Source: Ranitomeya imitator | Taxonomy: Eukaryota | NCBI RefSeq assembly: GCF_032444005.1 | Contig: NC_091291.1 | Coordinates: forward strand, 106,578,001 to 106,642,000 | Length of the DNA stretch: 64,000 nucleotides | Direction: 5' to 3' | Part shown: in pieces, positions 51,601 to 64,000 of the stretch | Numbering within the stretch: the stretch's first letter is position 1 | How the letters are laid out: every line of letters starts with the position of its first letter | Notes under the pieces: generated by a model | Database searches by the model: none | Told to the model about the DNA's origin: nothing | Seen by the model: only the letters and a program-made list of their open reading frames with translations | Made by a program: the position numbers and the translations under genes

Positions 51601-51989
51601 CCAGTATGGCACAACTCTGGCACACTTTTGTGTGCCCGCCCCAAATGTCTACACCATCACCGGCGGCTCCAGTCAGCAGGAGGCAACGGTTCCGTCAGAT
51701 GGTGACAGACTACATGGCTTGCCCTCTTACTGTACTCCCAGACGGCTCTTCCCCGTTCAAGTTTTGAGTCTCTAAGCTGGATACATGGCCAGAGCTAAGC
51801 CAGTATGCATTGGAGGTGCTGGCTTGCCCTGCGGCTAGTGTCTTATCGGAACGTGTCTTTAGTGCCGCAGGTGGTGTACTAACAGACCGTCGCATGCGAC
51901 TATCCTCCGATAACGTTGACCGGCTTACTTTCCTGAAAATGAACCAGGCCTGGATCTCGCAGGAATTTGCCACTCCTCTGCCTGATTAA
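48681..51989 (+). pseudogene. hAT transposase with BED zinc finger, 1102 codons, one Trp-to-TGA stop and CxxH mutated to CxxP
   Basis: BED finger AWSFF...CKLC...MWKHVRTRH; LTTDAWTS, VCDNG, CLAPVL (normally CxAH), TRWNST, SERVFS; TGA at 51765-51767, then the frame continues to TAA at 51987-51989. Confidence 0.93.
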
Positions 51990-53261
51990 GTAATTGGGTG
52001 TCATCCAGGTCTCCTGCTGTGTTCATCTTTCTACCACCTGAACTGCTATTCCTGGGCTCCAACACCGCCAGTTGCGGCTCAGAAGTGCAGGCTGCACAGT
52101 AAAAACATACGACCCAGTGTTATTGGGTTTCAGTAACGTCAGCTGATCCCCAGCTGTGTAGCCGGCAATGTGTCCTGCGACCGCCATGCTGGCACAACAA
52201 CCTAAATGTAAGGGAACCTGTCCCCCCCCCCGTCGTTTGTTACTGAAAGAGCCATCTTGTGCAGCAGTAATGCTGCACAAGGAAAAGGTAGCTCTTTTTT
52301 TTTAGCTCTTTGCACACGCAGAACTTAACACTTATAAAATGTGTTCACTGATACCGTTATACCGTCCCGGAGCTGGGACTTTCCTTCGTAATGTGACGCA
52401 GCACAGCCGTCATTCCTACCCCCTTGGTGCCATGCGCTGCCTCCTCAGCGTTGTTTTAAGCTGTCACGGAGCCTGCGCTGTTCTGTTATCCCTTGGGCAT
52501 GCCCTATTTGCGCTGCCTGTCTTCTGACATAATTTGGTGTCAGGCTGGCTGCGCCTGTGCGGCCGCGGTGCCCGAGATCCCGCCTCGCAGTGTCTTCTGA
52601 TTGAGTCACACTGCGGGCCTGGGATCCATGGGCATGCGCAGTGCATATCTTCCCCTCGGGCTCTCGCTCATTTCCCTCCGCCTTCTTTAGACTGTGCGCC
52701 GTCAGCTGATCCCTAGCATGCCACGGCCGTGACACCGCACAGTCTGAAGAAGAGGGAAGGAGGGGAGTGAGAGTCGAGGTTATGCACTGTGCATGCCCAT
52801 GGTTCCAAGGCCCGCAGTGGGATTACGTTAGATGAGACTACGAGGTGGGATCTGGAGCAGCGTGGACGCACAGGCACTGACAGCCTGACACCAAATTATG
52901 TCAGAAGACAGGCAGCGCTAATTGGGCATGGCCAAGGGCTAACAGAACAGCGCAGGCTCCGTGACAGCTTAAAACAACGCTGAGGAGGCAGCGCACGGCA
53001 TCAAGGGGATAGGAATGACAGCTGTGCTGTGTCCCATTACGAAGGAAATTCGCACCTCCGGAACGGTTTAACGGTATAAAGGGACACATTTTTAGTGTTT
53101 ACTTCGGTGTTTGCAAGGAGCATAATTAAAAGAGCAACCTTTTCCTTTTGCATCCTTAGTGCTGCACAAGATGGCTCTTTCAGCTACAAACGTCTTGGGG
53201 GGGGGGTTAAAGGTTTCCTTTCAACTTGCTCCAATCAGGCTTCGGCCTACACTCTGTTCCT

Positions 53262-53825
53262 CTGCTCCTCCTGCTGTCCCTGGGCTCTAACACCGCCAGT
53301 TGGTGCCTGGAAGTGCTGTGTGCACAGTCAACAGTCGCTCCTCTGTTATTGGGGTTCAGTAACGTCAGCTGATCCCCAGCTGTGTGTGCGGCAATACCTC
53401 CAATCTGCTCCTCCTGCTGTCCCTGGGCTCTAACACCGCCAGTTGGTGCCTGGAAGTGCTGTGTGCACAGTCAACAGTCGCTCCTCTGTTATTGGGGTTC
53501 AGTAACGTCAGCTGATCCCCAGCTGTGTGTGTGGCAATACCTCCAATCTGCTCCTCCTGCTGTCCCTGGGCTCTAACACCGCCAGTTGGTGCCTGGAAGT
53601 GCTGTGTGCACAGTCAACAGTCGCTCCTCTGTTATTGGGGTTCAGTAACGTCAGCTGATCCCCAGCTGTGTGTGTGGCAATACCTCCAATCTGCTCCTCC
53701 TGCTGTCCCTGGGCTCTAACACCGCCAGTTGGTGCCTGGAAGTGCTGTGTGCACAGTCAACAGTCGCTCCTCTGTTATTGGGGTTCAGTAACGTCAGCTT
53801 ATCCCCAGCTGTGTATCTGGCAATG
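53262..53825. repeat. 143-bp tandem repeat, 4 near-identical copies
   Basis: Copies start at ~53262, 53405, 53548 and 53691. Confidence 0.95.
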
Positions 53826-56800
53826 TGTCATGCGACCGCCACGCTGGCACAACTAAAATGTAAGGGGACCTGTCCCCCCCCCCCTAGGCGTTTGTTACTG
53901 AAATAGCCACCATGTGCAGCACTAATACTGCACAAGGGAAAGGTCGCTCTTGAAATTATGCTCCTTGCAAACGCTGAACTACACACTCATGTAATGTGTC
54001 CCCTCACACCGTCCAACCGTCCCGGAGGTGGGACTTTCCTTTGTAATGTGACGCAGCACAGCCGTCATTGCTACCCCCTTGGCACCGTGCGCTGCCTCCT
54101 TAGCGTTGTTTGATTCCGTCATGGACCCTGCGCTGTTATGTTATCCCTTGGCCATGCACAGTTTGCGCTGCCCGTCCTCTGACATCATTTGTTGTCGTCC
54201 TGGCTGCGCCTGTGCGTCCACGCTGCCCGAAATCACACCTCGCAGTGTCGTCTAATGTGATCCCACAGTGGGCCTGGTATCCATGGCCATGCGCAGTGCA
54301 TATACTAGCCTCTCACTCCCCTTCTTCACGCTTCTTCAGACTAGGCGGCGTCAGCTGATCCCTAGTAGCATGCCACGGCCGTGACGCCGCACAGTCTGAA
54401 GAAGCAGGAAGGAGGTGAGTGAGAGGCGATGATATGCACTGCGCATGCCCATGGATCCCTGGCCCGCAGTGGGACTACATTAGATGACACTGCAAGGTTG
54501 GATCTCGGGCAGCTTGGACGCACAGGCACTGCCAGCCTGACACCTACATGATGTCAGAAGACGGGCACCGCTAACTGTGCATGGCCAAGGGATAACATTA
54601 CAGCGCGGGCTCCGTGACAGAACCAAACAACGTTGAGGAGGTGGCGCCCGGCACCAAGGGGGTTGGAATGACGGCTGTGCTGTGTCACATTACAAAGGAA
54701 AGTCCCACTTCCGGGACGGTTTGACGGTGTGAGGGGACACATTATATGAGTGTGTACTTCAGCGTTTGCAAGGAGCATAATTTTCGGAGCCACCATTTTC
54801 CATGTGCAGTATTACTGCTGTACAAGATGGCTCTTTCAGCAACAAATGCCTGGGGGGGGGGGGTTAAAGGGTCCCTTTCAACTTGCTCCACTGCAGGCTT
54901 CGGCCTACACTCTGCTCCTCTTTGATTCCCTGGGTTTCAACACTGTCAGTTGCCACCTGGAAGTGTTGTCTACACAGAAAAAACACTAGGTGATGTGTCA
55001 GTGGGGTTCAGCACCGCCAGCTGTTCCCCTGCTGTGTAGTCGGCAACGTGTCCAGCACAAGCCACGCTGGCACAACAGAACAAAAGCTGCCACCAGTGCA
55101 GGCTTCGGCCTACACTCTGCTCCTCTCCTCCTCCTGCTGACCCTGGGCTCAAACACCGCTAGTTTTTGCCCGGAAGTGCTAGCTGCACAGAGAAAAACAC
55201 CAGCCAATGTGTTAGTGGGGTTCAGCAACGCCAGCTGTTCCCCTGCTGTGTAGCCGGCAACGTGACCTGCAAACGCCATGCAGGCACAGGAACTGAAATT
55301 AAAGGGAACCTGGCCCCACCCCCCCAGGTGTTTCTATGTATAACAGCCACCTAGTACAGCAGTACTGCTGCATTTGTACAAGGTGACTGACTTTTTCTCC
55401 TTGCCCACGTGGAACTCAACACGTACAAAATGTGTCTCATTGAGACCATTCCACTGTCCCTGAGGTGTGACTTTCCTTTCTAATGATACGCAGCACCCCC
55501 TTGGTAGCGTTTCCCGTCTTTTGTCATCATGGTTAGCTGGCTGCGCCTGTGCATCCGCCCTGCTAGAAACAACGCCCCTCGTTGTCATATTTATTTTGTC
55601 AGCGAGGGTGTGGTTTATGGGCACGAGCAGTGCATATGTTCGCCTGTCTTAACTCATCTCCTTCCGCCTTCTTCAGACTGTGCGGCCTCCTGGCCGTGGT
55701 AGGCGATAAGGGATCAGCTGAGGCCGCCCAGTCTGGAGCAGGTGTAAGGACATGTGTAAGCGGCAAACCTATTTACTGCACAAGGCCACGAATCCCAGCC
55801 ACGCAGTGTGATTTTTTGAAAACACACTGTGGGTCTGGGATTCATGTCCATCGCTAACCGCAACGGCCGACATGAAATGAGGTCAGAAGACAGGAAGCGC
55901 TCACAGCGCATGGCCAAGGGATCACAATAGCGCAGACTCCTGTACAGCAAATAACAACGCTCAGGAATCTGCGCCCAGTACCTAGGTGCAAATTTTGACA
56001 CCTGTGCTGCGTCTCGTTAAAAAGACAAGTCACGCCTCCACAACTGTTTGACAGTATAATGGGCTAAATAGTGTACGTGTTTTAGTCAGCGTGTGCAAGG
56101 AGCAAAACAAATAGAGCAACATTTTACTTGTGCAGCATTAATGCTGCACAAGGTGTGGCTCTTGTACCTTGCAACACCTGAGGGGGGTTAAAGGTAACCT
56201 TTGAAATTGGTTCAACTAGGCTTCGGCCTACACTCTGCTCCTCTACTCCTCCTGCTGACCCTGGGCTCAAACACCGCTAGTTTTTGCCCGGAACTGCTAG
56301 CTGCACAGAGAAAAACACCAGCCAATGTGTTAGTGGGGTTCAGCAACGCCAGCTGTTCCCCTGCTGTGTAGTCGGCAACGTGTCCAGCACAAGCCACGTT
56401 GGCACAACAGAACAAAAGCTGCCACCAGTGCAGGCTTCGGCCTACACTTTGCTCCTCTCCTCCTCCTGCTGACCCTGGGCTCAAACAACGCCAGTTTCTG
56501 CCCGGACATGCTAGCTGCACAGAGAAAAACACCAGCCAATGTGTTAGTGGGGTTCAGCACCGCCAGCTGTTCCCCTGCTGTGTAGCTGGCAACGTGTCCT
56601 GCAAACGCCACGCAGGAACATGAACTGAAATTGAAGGGAGCCTGCCCCCCACCCCCCCAGGTGTTTCTATGTATAACAGCCACCTTGTACAGCAGTACTG
56701 CTGCATTTGTACAAGGTGGCTGACTTTTTCTCCTTGCACACGTGGAACTCAACAAGTACAAAATGTGTCTCATTACAGACCATTACAATGTCCCTGAGGT

Positions 56801-58565
56801 GTGACTTTCCTTTTTAATGACACGCAGCACCCCCATTGTTAGCGCTGCCCGTCTCCTGACATCATTGGTTGGCTGGCTGTGCCTGTGCATCCCCCCTGCC
56901 CGACACAACGCCCCCCGTTGTCTCATATATTTTGACTGCGAGGGTGTGATTGATGGGCACGAGCAGTGCATATGTTCCCCTGTCTTCACTCCCCTCCTTC
57001 CGCCTTCTTCTGACTGTGCGGCCTCATGGCCGCGGCATGCGATAAGGGATCAGCTGAGGCCGCCCAGTCTGAAGCAGGTGTAAGGACATGTGTGAGCGGC
57101 GAACATATTTACTGCACAAGGCCACGAATCCCAGCACCGCAGTGTGACTTTAGGAAAAGCCACTGTGGGTCTGGGATTTATGGCCATCTTTAACCGCACC
57201 GGCCAACATGAAATGAGGTCATGAGACGGCCTGCACTAACAGGGTATTGCCAAGGGATAACACAAGAGCGCAGTTTCCTGTACTGCAAATAACAACGGTA
57301 AGGAATCTGCGCACAGCACCTAGGTGTAAATTTGTACACCTGTGCTGCGTCACCTTAAAAAGACTAGTAGTCACGCCTCCACTACTGTTTGACAGTATAA
57401 TGGGCTAAATAGTGTACGTGTTTAATTCAGCGTGTGCAAGGAGCAAAATTAAATAGAGCAACCTTTGACTTGTGCATCATTAATGCTGTTCAAGGTGTGG
57501 CTCTTGTACCTTGCAACACCTGAGGGGGGGGTTAAAGGTAACCTTTGAAATTGGTTCAACTAGGCTTCGGCCTACACTCTGCTCCTCTACTCCTCCTGCT
57601 GACCCTGGGCTCAAACACCGCTAGTTTTTGCCTGGAAATGCTAGCTGCACAGAGAAAAACACCAGCCAATGTGTTAGTGGGGTTCAGCACCGCCAGCTGT
57701 TCCCCCGCTGTGTAGCCGGCATCGTGTCCAGCACAAGCCACGCTGGCACAACCGACCAAAAGCTGCCACCAGTGCAGGCTTCGGCCTACACTTTGCTCCT
57801 CTCCTCCTCCTGCTGACCCTGGGCTCTAACACCGCTAGTTTTTGCCCGGACATGCAATCTGCACAGAGAAAAACACCAGTCAATGTGTCAGTGGGGTTCA
57901 GCAACGCCAGCTGTTCCCCTGCTGTATAGCTTGCAACGTGACCTGCAAACGCCACGCAGGCACATGAACTGAAATTGAAGGGAGCCTGCCCCCCACCCCC
58001 AGGTGTTTCTATGTATAACAGCCACCTTGTGCAGCAGTACTGCTGCATTTGTACAAGGTGGCTGATGTTTTCTCCTTGCCCACGTGGAACTCAACACGTA
58101 CAAAATGTGTCTCATTAGAGACCAATGCTAATGTCCCTGAGGTGTGACTTTCCTTTTTAATGACACGCAGCACCCCCATTGTTAGCGCTGCCCGTCTTCT
58201 GACATCATTGGTTGGCTGCCTGTGCCTGTGTGTCCGCCCTGCCCGTCACAACGCCCCTCGTTGTCTCATATTTTGGATGCGAGGGTGTTATTGATGGGCA
58301 TGTGCAGTGCATATGTTCGCCTGTTTTAAGTCACCTCCTTCCGCCTTCTTCAGACTGGGTGTCCTCATGGCTGCGGCATGCGATAAGGGATCAGATGAGG
58401 CCGCCCAGTCTGAAGCAGGTGTAAGGAGATGTGTGAGCGGCAAACATATTTAGTGCACCAGGGCACGAATCCCAGCACCGCAGTGTGATTTTTTAAAAAC
58501 ACACTGTGGGTCTGGGATTCATGTCCATCGCTAACCGCAACGGCCGACATGAAATGAGGTCAGAA

Positions 58566-61438
58566 TAGCCCGGTTCACTATGTAATTTCGCCGGAATTTT
58601 CTGGAGAGTTTCAAATATGTACATTTTTGGAAAGGCTATGGTATAAGCAATAAGAAAAACAATGTTTCCATTTGCCCCAAGTCCTAAGTGGCCGCCATCT
58701 TGGATTTTACAAAATGGCTGATTTACATCGATTTTTGTTAATATCTCAGCTTGTAAGTAACGTAAAACTTAAATTTTGACAGCTAAACATACATTTTGAG
58801 TACTAAGAAATGCAGTGGTATCCAAATAAATACTCTATATACGACTACAAATTGTATCGGTTTATATTTGAACAAATTTTCGAACTCGAAAAGCAGAGAG
58901 TTAATGATTTTAACTTTTGAACAACCAGAGTGTCTTTACATATCGCCACCATCACTGTCATCATCAGTTTCATATTTGGTCTGAGTGTCCTCGTCATTCA
59001 TACACTCGCTGTCACACTGACAAAGATCGGTACAGGATAAGTTATTTTTTCGGCACGAACACCTTGAAGAAGAACAGTCATGTTTGCATTGACAACTAAT
59101 CATCTCGATTATTGCTTTTGGAGCTGGAAGAACATCTGTCATGGTTGGTTTCAACTGTCCATCCAACCCTTTGTGATAGCCATTCTTCTCGGGATCCAGC
59201 TGAGAATCCTGCAAAGCAATGTTAGCTTGTCCCCACACTCTGGCTTGGATATGGACTCTGAGGACATGTTGTTTTAGAGCTCCGAGTGTAGGAGGTAACC
59301 TGTCACTTTCTGCCATATGCTTGCAAAATAGATGCCATCGCAGTTCGGGAATATTCTTAATAAAAATGCCTTTTGGAGAGTAAGCAAAACATACGAAGGT
59401 AGCAAGAGTTGACAACATAGTTTTGCTCACTTCTTTTTCAGTCGAAAGCATCTGCAGAGAACTGATTACATCTGGTGTTGCGTTCATGTAAGCTTGCAGC
59501 CAGATTGCTTTGCCAATTCGAGAGAACCTTCCAGTTGTGTCAGCACCAGTGAATGCATGGAAGGCTGTCAAAGCCTTTGCTCTGTCTGCCCCTATGACTC
59601 TCCTTATTGGCTCTATCTCGATCATCCCAGAGACCATTGAAATCGATGTATTCTTCAGCATGAGGTCATAGTTAGCTATGACCAACACCAGTACATCGGT
59701 ATCAGGGGAGAAGAAAACCATCCTTGCATCCGGTGGGTTTCGTTGTGTTGCCAAGACAGCTTGGTAGATCAACAGTGTGTCTGCATCTTCGTGATTTGAA
59801 TTCATACATGATGTTCTGACTCATAGTGAGTGCTGCTCGGTCAACAATTTTGGTCCTTCTTTGAGTTTCAAGGCTGTCAATCGGCCCTGTTATGATCCAA
59901 CGGATAGCGGAATATAATTCTGCTGGAACGTCGTTTATGTCACTAGTGACCGTTATGGTGTTTTTATCATTGACTTCCGTTGTAAAATTAGCAATGCTTT
60001 TCCTAATTAACTGTGCTGCTTTGTAGATTGTCTGCATGTTGTCTGCATCATCACTACGACATTCCATTGCAGAATTAACCATGATTTCCTCACAGGCTTC
60101 TGGTGAATAAAGAACTGCTGATTCCCTTCTGTTTTTTGAAAGACAGGATTTCAGATGTGGCAAGGCATTCATTATAATTTCTTTGAGCCACTTTCTAGTG
60201 AATGTAGGTTTGTGATTTTCCACGCCTTCTATACCAAGCATATTCAAATAAGTGGTTTCGATATCTTGTATAGATAGATATGATTGGTTCTGTGTTTGAA
60301 TATCCACTAGGTTTATCAACTCTAGCAGACTTGCACGTTGTAATAAGGGTTCTTTGTGGTCTGTTCTGTTGGTACTACGTTCTCGTTGTCCATGAAAAAC
60401 ATGCTTTGTCCAACAGCTTTTGTGGTACCGGACGTCAATAGAATGTGCATCCCCTGGTGCAATGCATGTGTTCAGTCTTGTTTTCAGTGTTAAATTATCT
60501 GATGTTTCAATAGCTTGTTTCAACGATTTCCCTGCGTTGACTGTCCTCACATTATAAAGCTTCTCATTCTCATCGTTCTGACAAAAGAAACATTTTTCCT
60601 TATCCAGTGGCCATGTATGTGACCTCGTGAATGGTGATGAAGAGTCAGATGTTAATGAACCTGATTCGTCCATTTCAGCACGTCCTCTTTTTAATCCTCG
60701 TTTCTTGGTAATGTGGCTACCAGTAGCTAATGCATGTGCATAACGGTCCCGGGCTCGTTGTATTTGGTCGTTGTTAATTGCATTTGTGTAACAACTTCGA
60801 TGGTAGACTGCCTGATGTGTAGCGATTGTGTCTTTCCTGTTGCTAATCCGTCGATGGATATCAACATAGTTGCCATCTTGTAAACTTGCCCTCTCTGCTA
60901 CTATGTCCAAAACGCGCTGGTAAGACTGTATCCGAGGATTTTGCACCAACTTCTCATTGCCATTGGAAGACTGACAGAGCATACATAGCTTCCAGTTGAT
61001 AGGTGCCTCACCTTCACAAGTGACTTCAGTAGCTTGTGGTTTGTCTGTCATGTTCAACTCCTGTAATAAAAGAAAAAAAAAACATGTGATTCCTGTCATT
61101 ATGTATTATTATGTCAATACTAATTAATTATAAAAAACTGCTGTAGTAAATATCTAAAACACATCTGCAACTAGTAATATTGCATTTCTTAGCCCTAAAA
61201 TGTATGTTTAGCTGTCAAATTTTATTTTTATGTTATTTATAAGCTGAGATATTAACGAAAATTGGTTTTACGTCAGCCATTTTGTCAAATCCAATATGGC
61301 GGTCACGTGGGACTCGGGGCAAATGGAAACATTGTTTTTCGTATTGCTTATACTATAACCTTTCCAAAAATGTATAGTTTTCAGACTCTCCAAAAAAATC
61401 CGGCGAAGGCCTAAATCAATACATAGTGAACCGGACTA
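58566..61438 (-). mobile_element. Academ (AcademX-type) DNA transposon, internal-deletion derivative
   Basis: TAG...CTA termini; TIR TAGYCCGGTTCACTATGTA extending as ~250-bp imperfect inverted arms; 3-bp TSD GAA confirmed by the empty site in a sister repeat near 55885. Confidence 0.85.
58936..61051 (-). pseudogene. Academ transposase remnants: N-terminal part (61051-~59800) fused out of frame to an XPG/FEN-like nuclease and Cys-rich C-terminus (59805-58936)
   Basis: Two CxxC...YHxxC motifs in the N-terminal part; HEDADT, SPDTDV and FHAFTGADTTG (XPG/PIN-like); LPPT..AL..H; 9-Cys CQC...CSC..C...CQC...C tail; no DDE core. Confidence 0.82.
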
Positions 61439-64000
61439 GAAGACAGGAAGCGCTCACAGCGCATGGCCAAGGGATCACAATAGCGCAGACTCCTGTACAG
61501 CAAATAACAACGCTCAGGAATCTGCGCCCAGTACCTAGGTGCAAATTTTGACACCTGTGCTGCGTCTCCTTAAAAAGACAAGTCACGCCTCCACAACTGT
61601 TTGACAGTATAATGGGCTAAATAGTGTACGTGTTTAGTCAGCGTGTGCAAGGAGCAAAACAAATAGAGCAACCTTTTACTTGTGCAGCATTAATGCTGCA
61701 CAAGGTGTGGCTCTTGTACCTTGCAACACCTGAGGGGGGTTAAAGGTAACCTTTGAAATTGGTTCAACTAGGCTTCGGCCTACACTCTGCTCCTCTCCTG
61801 CTGACCCTGGGCTCAAACACCGCCAGTTTCTGCCCGGACATGCTAGCTGCACAGAGAGAAACACCAGCCAATGTGTTAGTGGGGTTCAGCACCACCAGCT
61901 GTTCCCCGGCTGTGTAGTCGGCATCATGTCCAGCACAAGCCACGCTGGCACAACTGACCAAAAGCTGCCACCAGTGCAGGCTTCGGCCTACACTTTGCTC
62001 CTCTCCTCCTCCTGCTGACCCTGGGCTCAAACAACGCCAGTTTCTGCCCGGACATGCTAGCTGCACAGAGAAAAACACCAGCCAATGTGTTAGTGGGGTT
62101 CAGCACCGCCTGCTGTTCCCCTGCTGTGTAGCTGGCAACGTGTCCTGCAAACGCCACGCAGGCACATGAACTGAAATTGAAGGGAGCCTGCCCCCCACCC
62201 CCCAGGTGTTTCTATGTATAACAGCCACCTTGTACAGCAGTACTGCTGTATTTGTACAAGGTGGCTGACTTTTTCTCCTTGCACACGTGGAACTCAACAA
62301 GTACAAAATGTGTCTCATTACAGACCATTACAATGTCCCTGAGGTGTGACTTTCCTTTTTAATGACACGCAGCACCCCCATTGTTAGCGCTGCCCGTCTC
62401 CTGACATCATTGGTTGGCTGGCTGTGCCTGTGCATCCCCCCTGCCCGACACAACGCCCCCCGTTGTCTCATATATTTTGACTGCGAGGGTGTGATTGATG
62501 GGCACGAGCAGTGCATATGTTCCCCTGTCTTCACTCCCCTCCTTCCGCCTTCTTCTGACTGTGCGGCCTCATGGCCGCGGCATGCGATAAGGGATCAGCT
62601 GAGGCCGCCCAGTCTGAAGCAGGTGTAAGGACATGTGTGAGCGGCGAACATATTTACTGCACAAGGCCACGAATCCCAGCACCGCAGTGTGACTTTAGGA
62701 AAAGCCACTGTGGGTCTGGGATTTATGGCCATCGTTAACCGCACCGGCCAACATGAAATGAGGTCATGAGACGGCCTGCACTAACAGGGTATTGCCAAGG
62801 GATAACACAAGAGCGCAGTTTCCTGTACTGCAAATAACAACGGTAAGGAATCTGCGCACAGCACCTAGGTGTAAATTTGTACACCTGTGCTGCGTCACCT
62901 TAAAAAGACTAGTAGTCACGCCTCCACTACTGTTTGACAGTATAATGGGCTAAATAGTGTACGTGTTTAATTCAGCGTGTGCAAGGAGCAAAATTAAATA
63001 GAGCAACCTTTGACTTGTGCATCATTAATGCTGTTCAAGGTGTGGCTCTTGTACCTTGCAACACCTGAGGGGGGGGTTAAAGGTAACCTTTGAAATTGGT
63101 TCAACTAGGCTTCGGCCTACACTCTGCTCCTCTACTCCTCCTGCTGACCCTGGGCTCAAACACCGCTAGTTTTTGCCCGGAAATGCTAGCTGCACAGAGA
63201 AAAACACCAGCCAATGTGTTAGTGGGGTTCAGCACCGCCAGCTGTTCCCCCGCTGTGTAGCCGGCATCGTGTCCAGCACAAGCCACGCTGGCACAACCGA
63301 CCAAAAGCTGCCACCAGTGCAGGCTTCGGCCTACACTTTGCTCCTCTCCTCCTCCTCCTGCTGACCCTGGGCTCTAACACCGCTAGTTTTTGCCCGGACA
63401 TGCAATCTGCACAGAGAAAAACACCAGTCAATGTGTCAGTGGGGTTCAGCAACGCCAGCTGTTCCCCTGCTGTGTAGCTTGCAATGTGACCTGCAAACGC
63501 CACGCAGGCACATGAACTGAAATTGAAGGGAGCCTGCCCCCCACCCACAGGTGTTTCTATGTATAACAGCCACCTTGTACAGCAGTACTGCTGCATTTGT
63601 ACAAGGTGGCTGACTTTTTCTCCTTGCCCACGTGGAACTCAACACGTACAAAATGTGTCTCATTAGAGACCATTACAATGTCCCTGAGGTGTGACTTTCC
63701 TTTGTAATGACACGCAGCACCACCCTTGTTAGCGCTGCCCGTCTTTTGACATCATTGGTTAGCTGGCTGCGCCTGTGCATCTCCCCTGCTCGAAACAACG
63801 CCCCTCGGTGTCTTATTTTTTTGGACAGCGAGGGTGTGATTGATGGGCATGTGCAGTGCATATGTTTGCCTGTGTTCACTCATCTCCTTCCGCCTTCTTC
63901 AGACTGGGTGTCCTCATGGCCGCGGCAGGCGATAAGGGATCAGATGAGGCCGCCCAGTCTGAAGCAGGTGTAAGGACATGTGTGAGCGTCAAAAATATTT

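Larger units (their letters stand above)
46957..64000 (+). mobile_element. Very large hAT transposon (over 17 kb, right end outside the window)
   Basis: Left terminus TAGTGTTGAGC with clustered CCGATAC/GTATCGG subterminal motifs. The preceding 8 bp GTAGTGAC fit the nTnnnnAn hAT target. A transposase and repeat arrays follow. That the arrays to the window end belong to the element is inferred. Confidence 0.75.
54890..64000. repeat. ~1.34-kb tandem array with a two-monomer higher-order period, interrupted by an Academ
   Basis: Anchor ACAAAATGTGTCTCAT at 55425, 56758, 58100, 62303 and 63648; spacings 1333, 1342, 1327 (after subtracting the insertion) and 1345. Confidence 0.9.

Noticed and set aside
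32799-51767. In-frame TGA at conserved Trp in both the Tc1 and hAT transposases as evidence of UGA recoding
   Set aside because: Other Trp codons are TGG, the Tc1 ORF itself ends in TGA, and the Gypsy has TGG-to-TAG. Ordinary G-to-A nonsense mutations explain it.
52000-64000. Numerous 60-150-aa ORFs in the hAT 3' arrays
   Set aside because: They are repeated translations of GC-rich tandem units on both strands with no domain motifs.

Overview
This is vertebrate nuclear DNA, most likely from a frog (inferred from the repeat families), made almost entirely of nested transposable elements. No host gene could be confidently identified. Main contents: a full-length chromodomain Ty3/Gypsy element (3137-8838, minus strand) with near-identical LTRs and an apparent self-priming site instead of a tRNA PBS; two solo LTRs; a full-length CR1 LINE with an esterase-type ORF1 (18695-22756); three L2 fragments; a young Tc1 nested in an older Tc1; and the 3' part of a Penelope-like element (GIY-YIG). 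The Penelope-like element is interrupted by a very large hAT transposon (46957 to beyond the window end) that carries tandem and foldback arrays and itself hosts an internally deleted Academ(X)-type transposon (58566-61438). Beyond the ORF track, about nine minimal hammerhead-ribozyme-like motifs are scattered through the window. Some have a recurrent non-canonical core. One sits in a ~323-bp monomer with snRNA-type promoter motifs that resembles newt satellite 2 / non-LTR retrozymes. All alignments and folds were done by eye.
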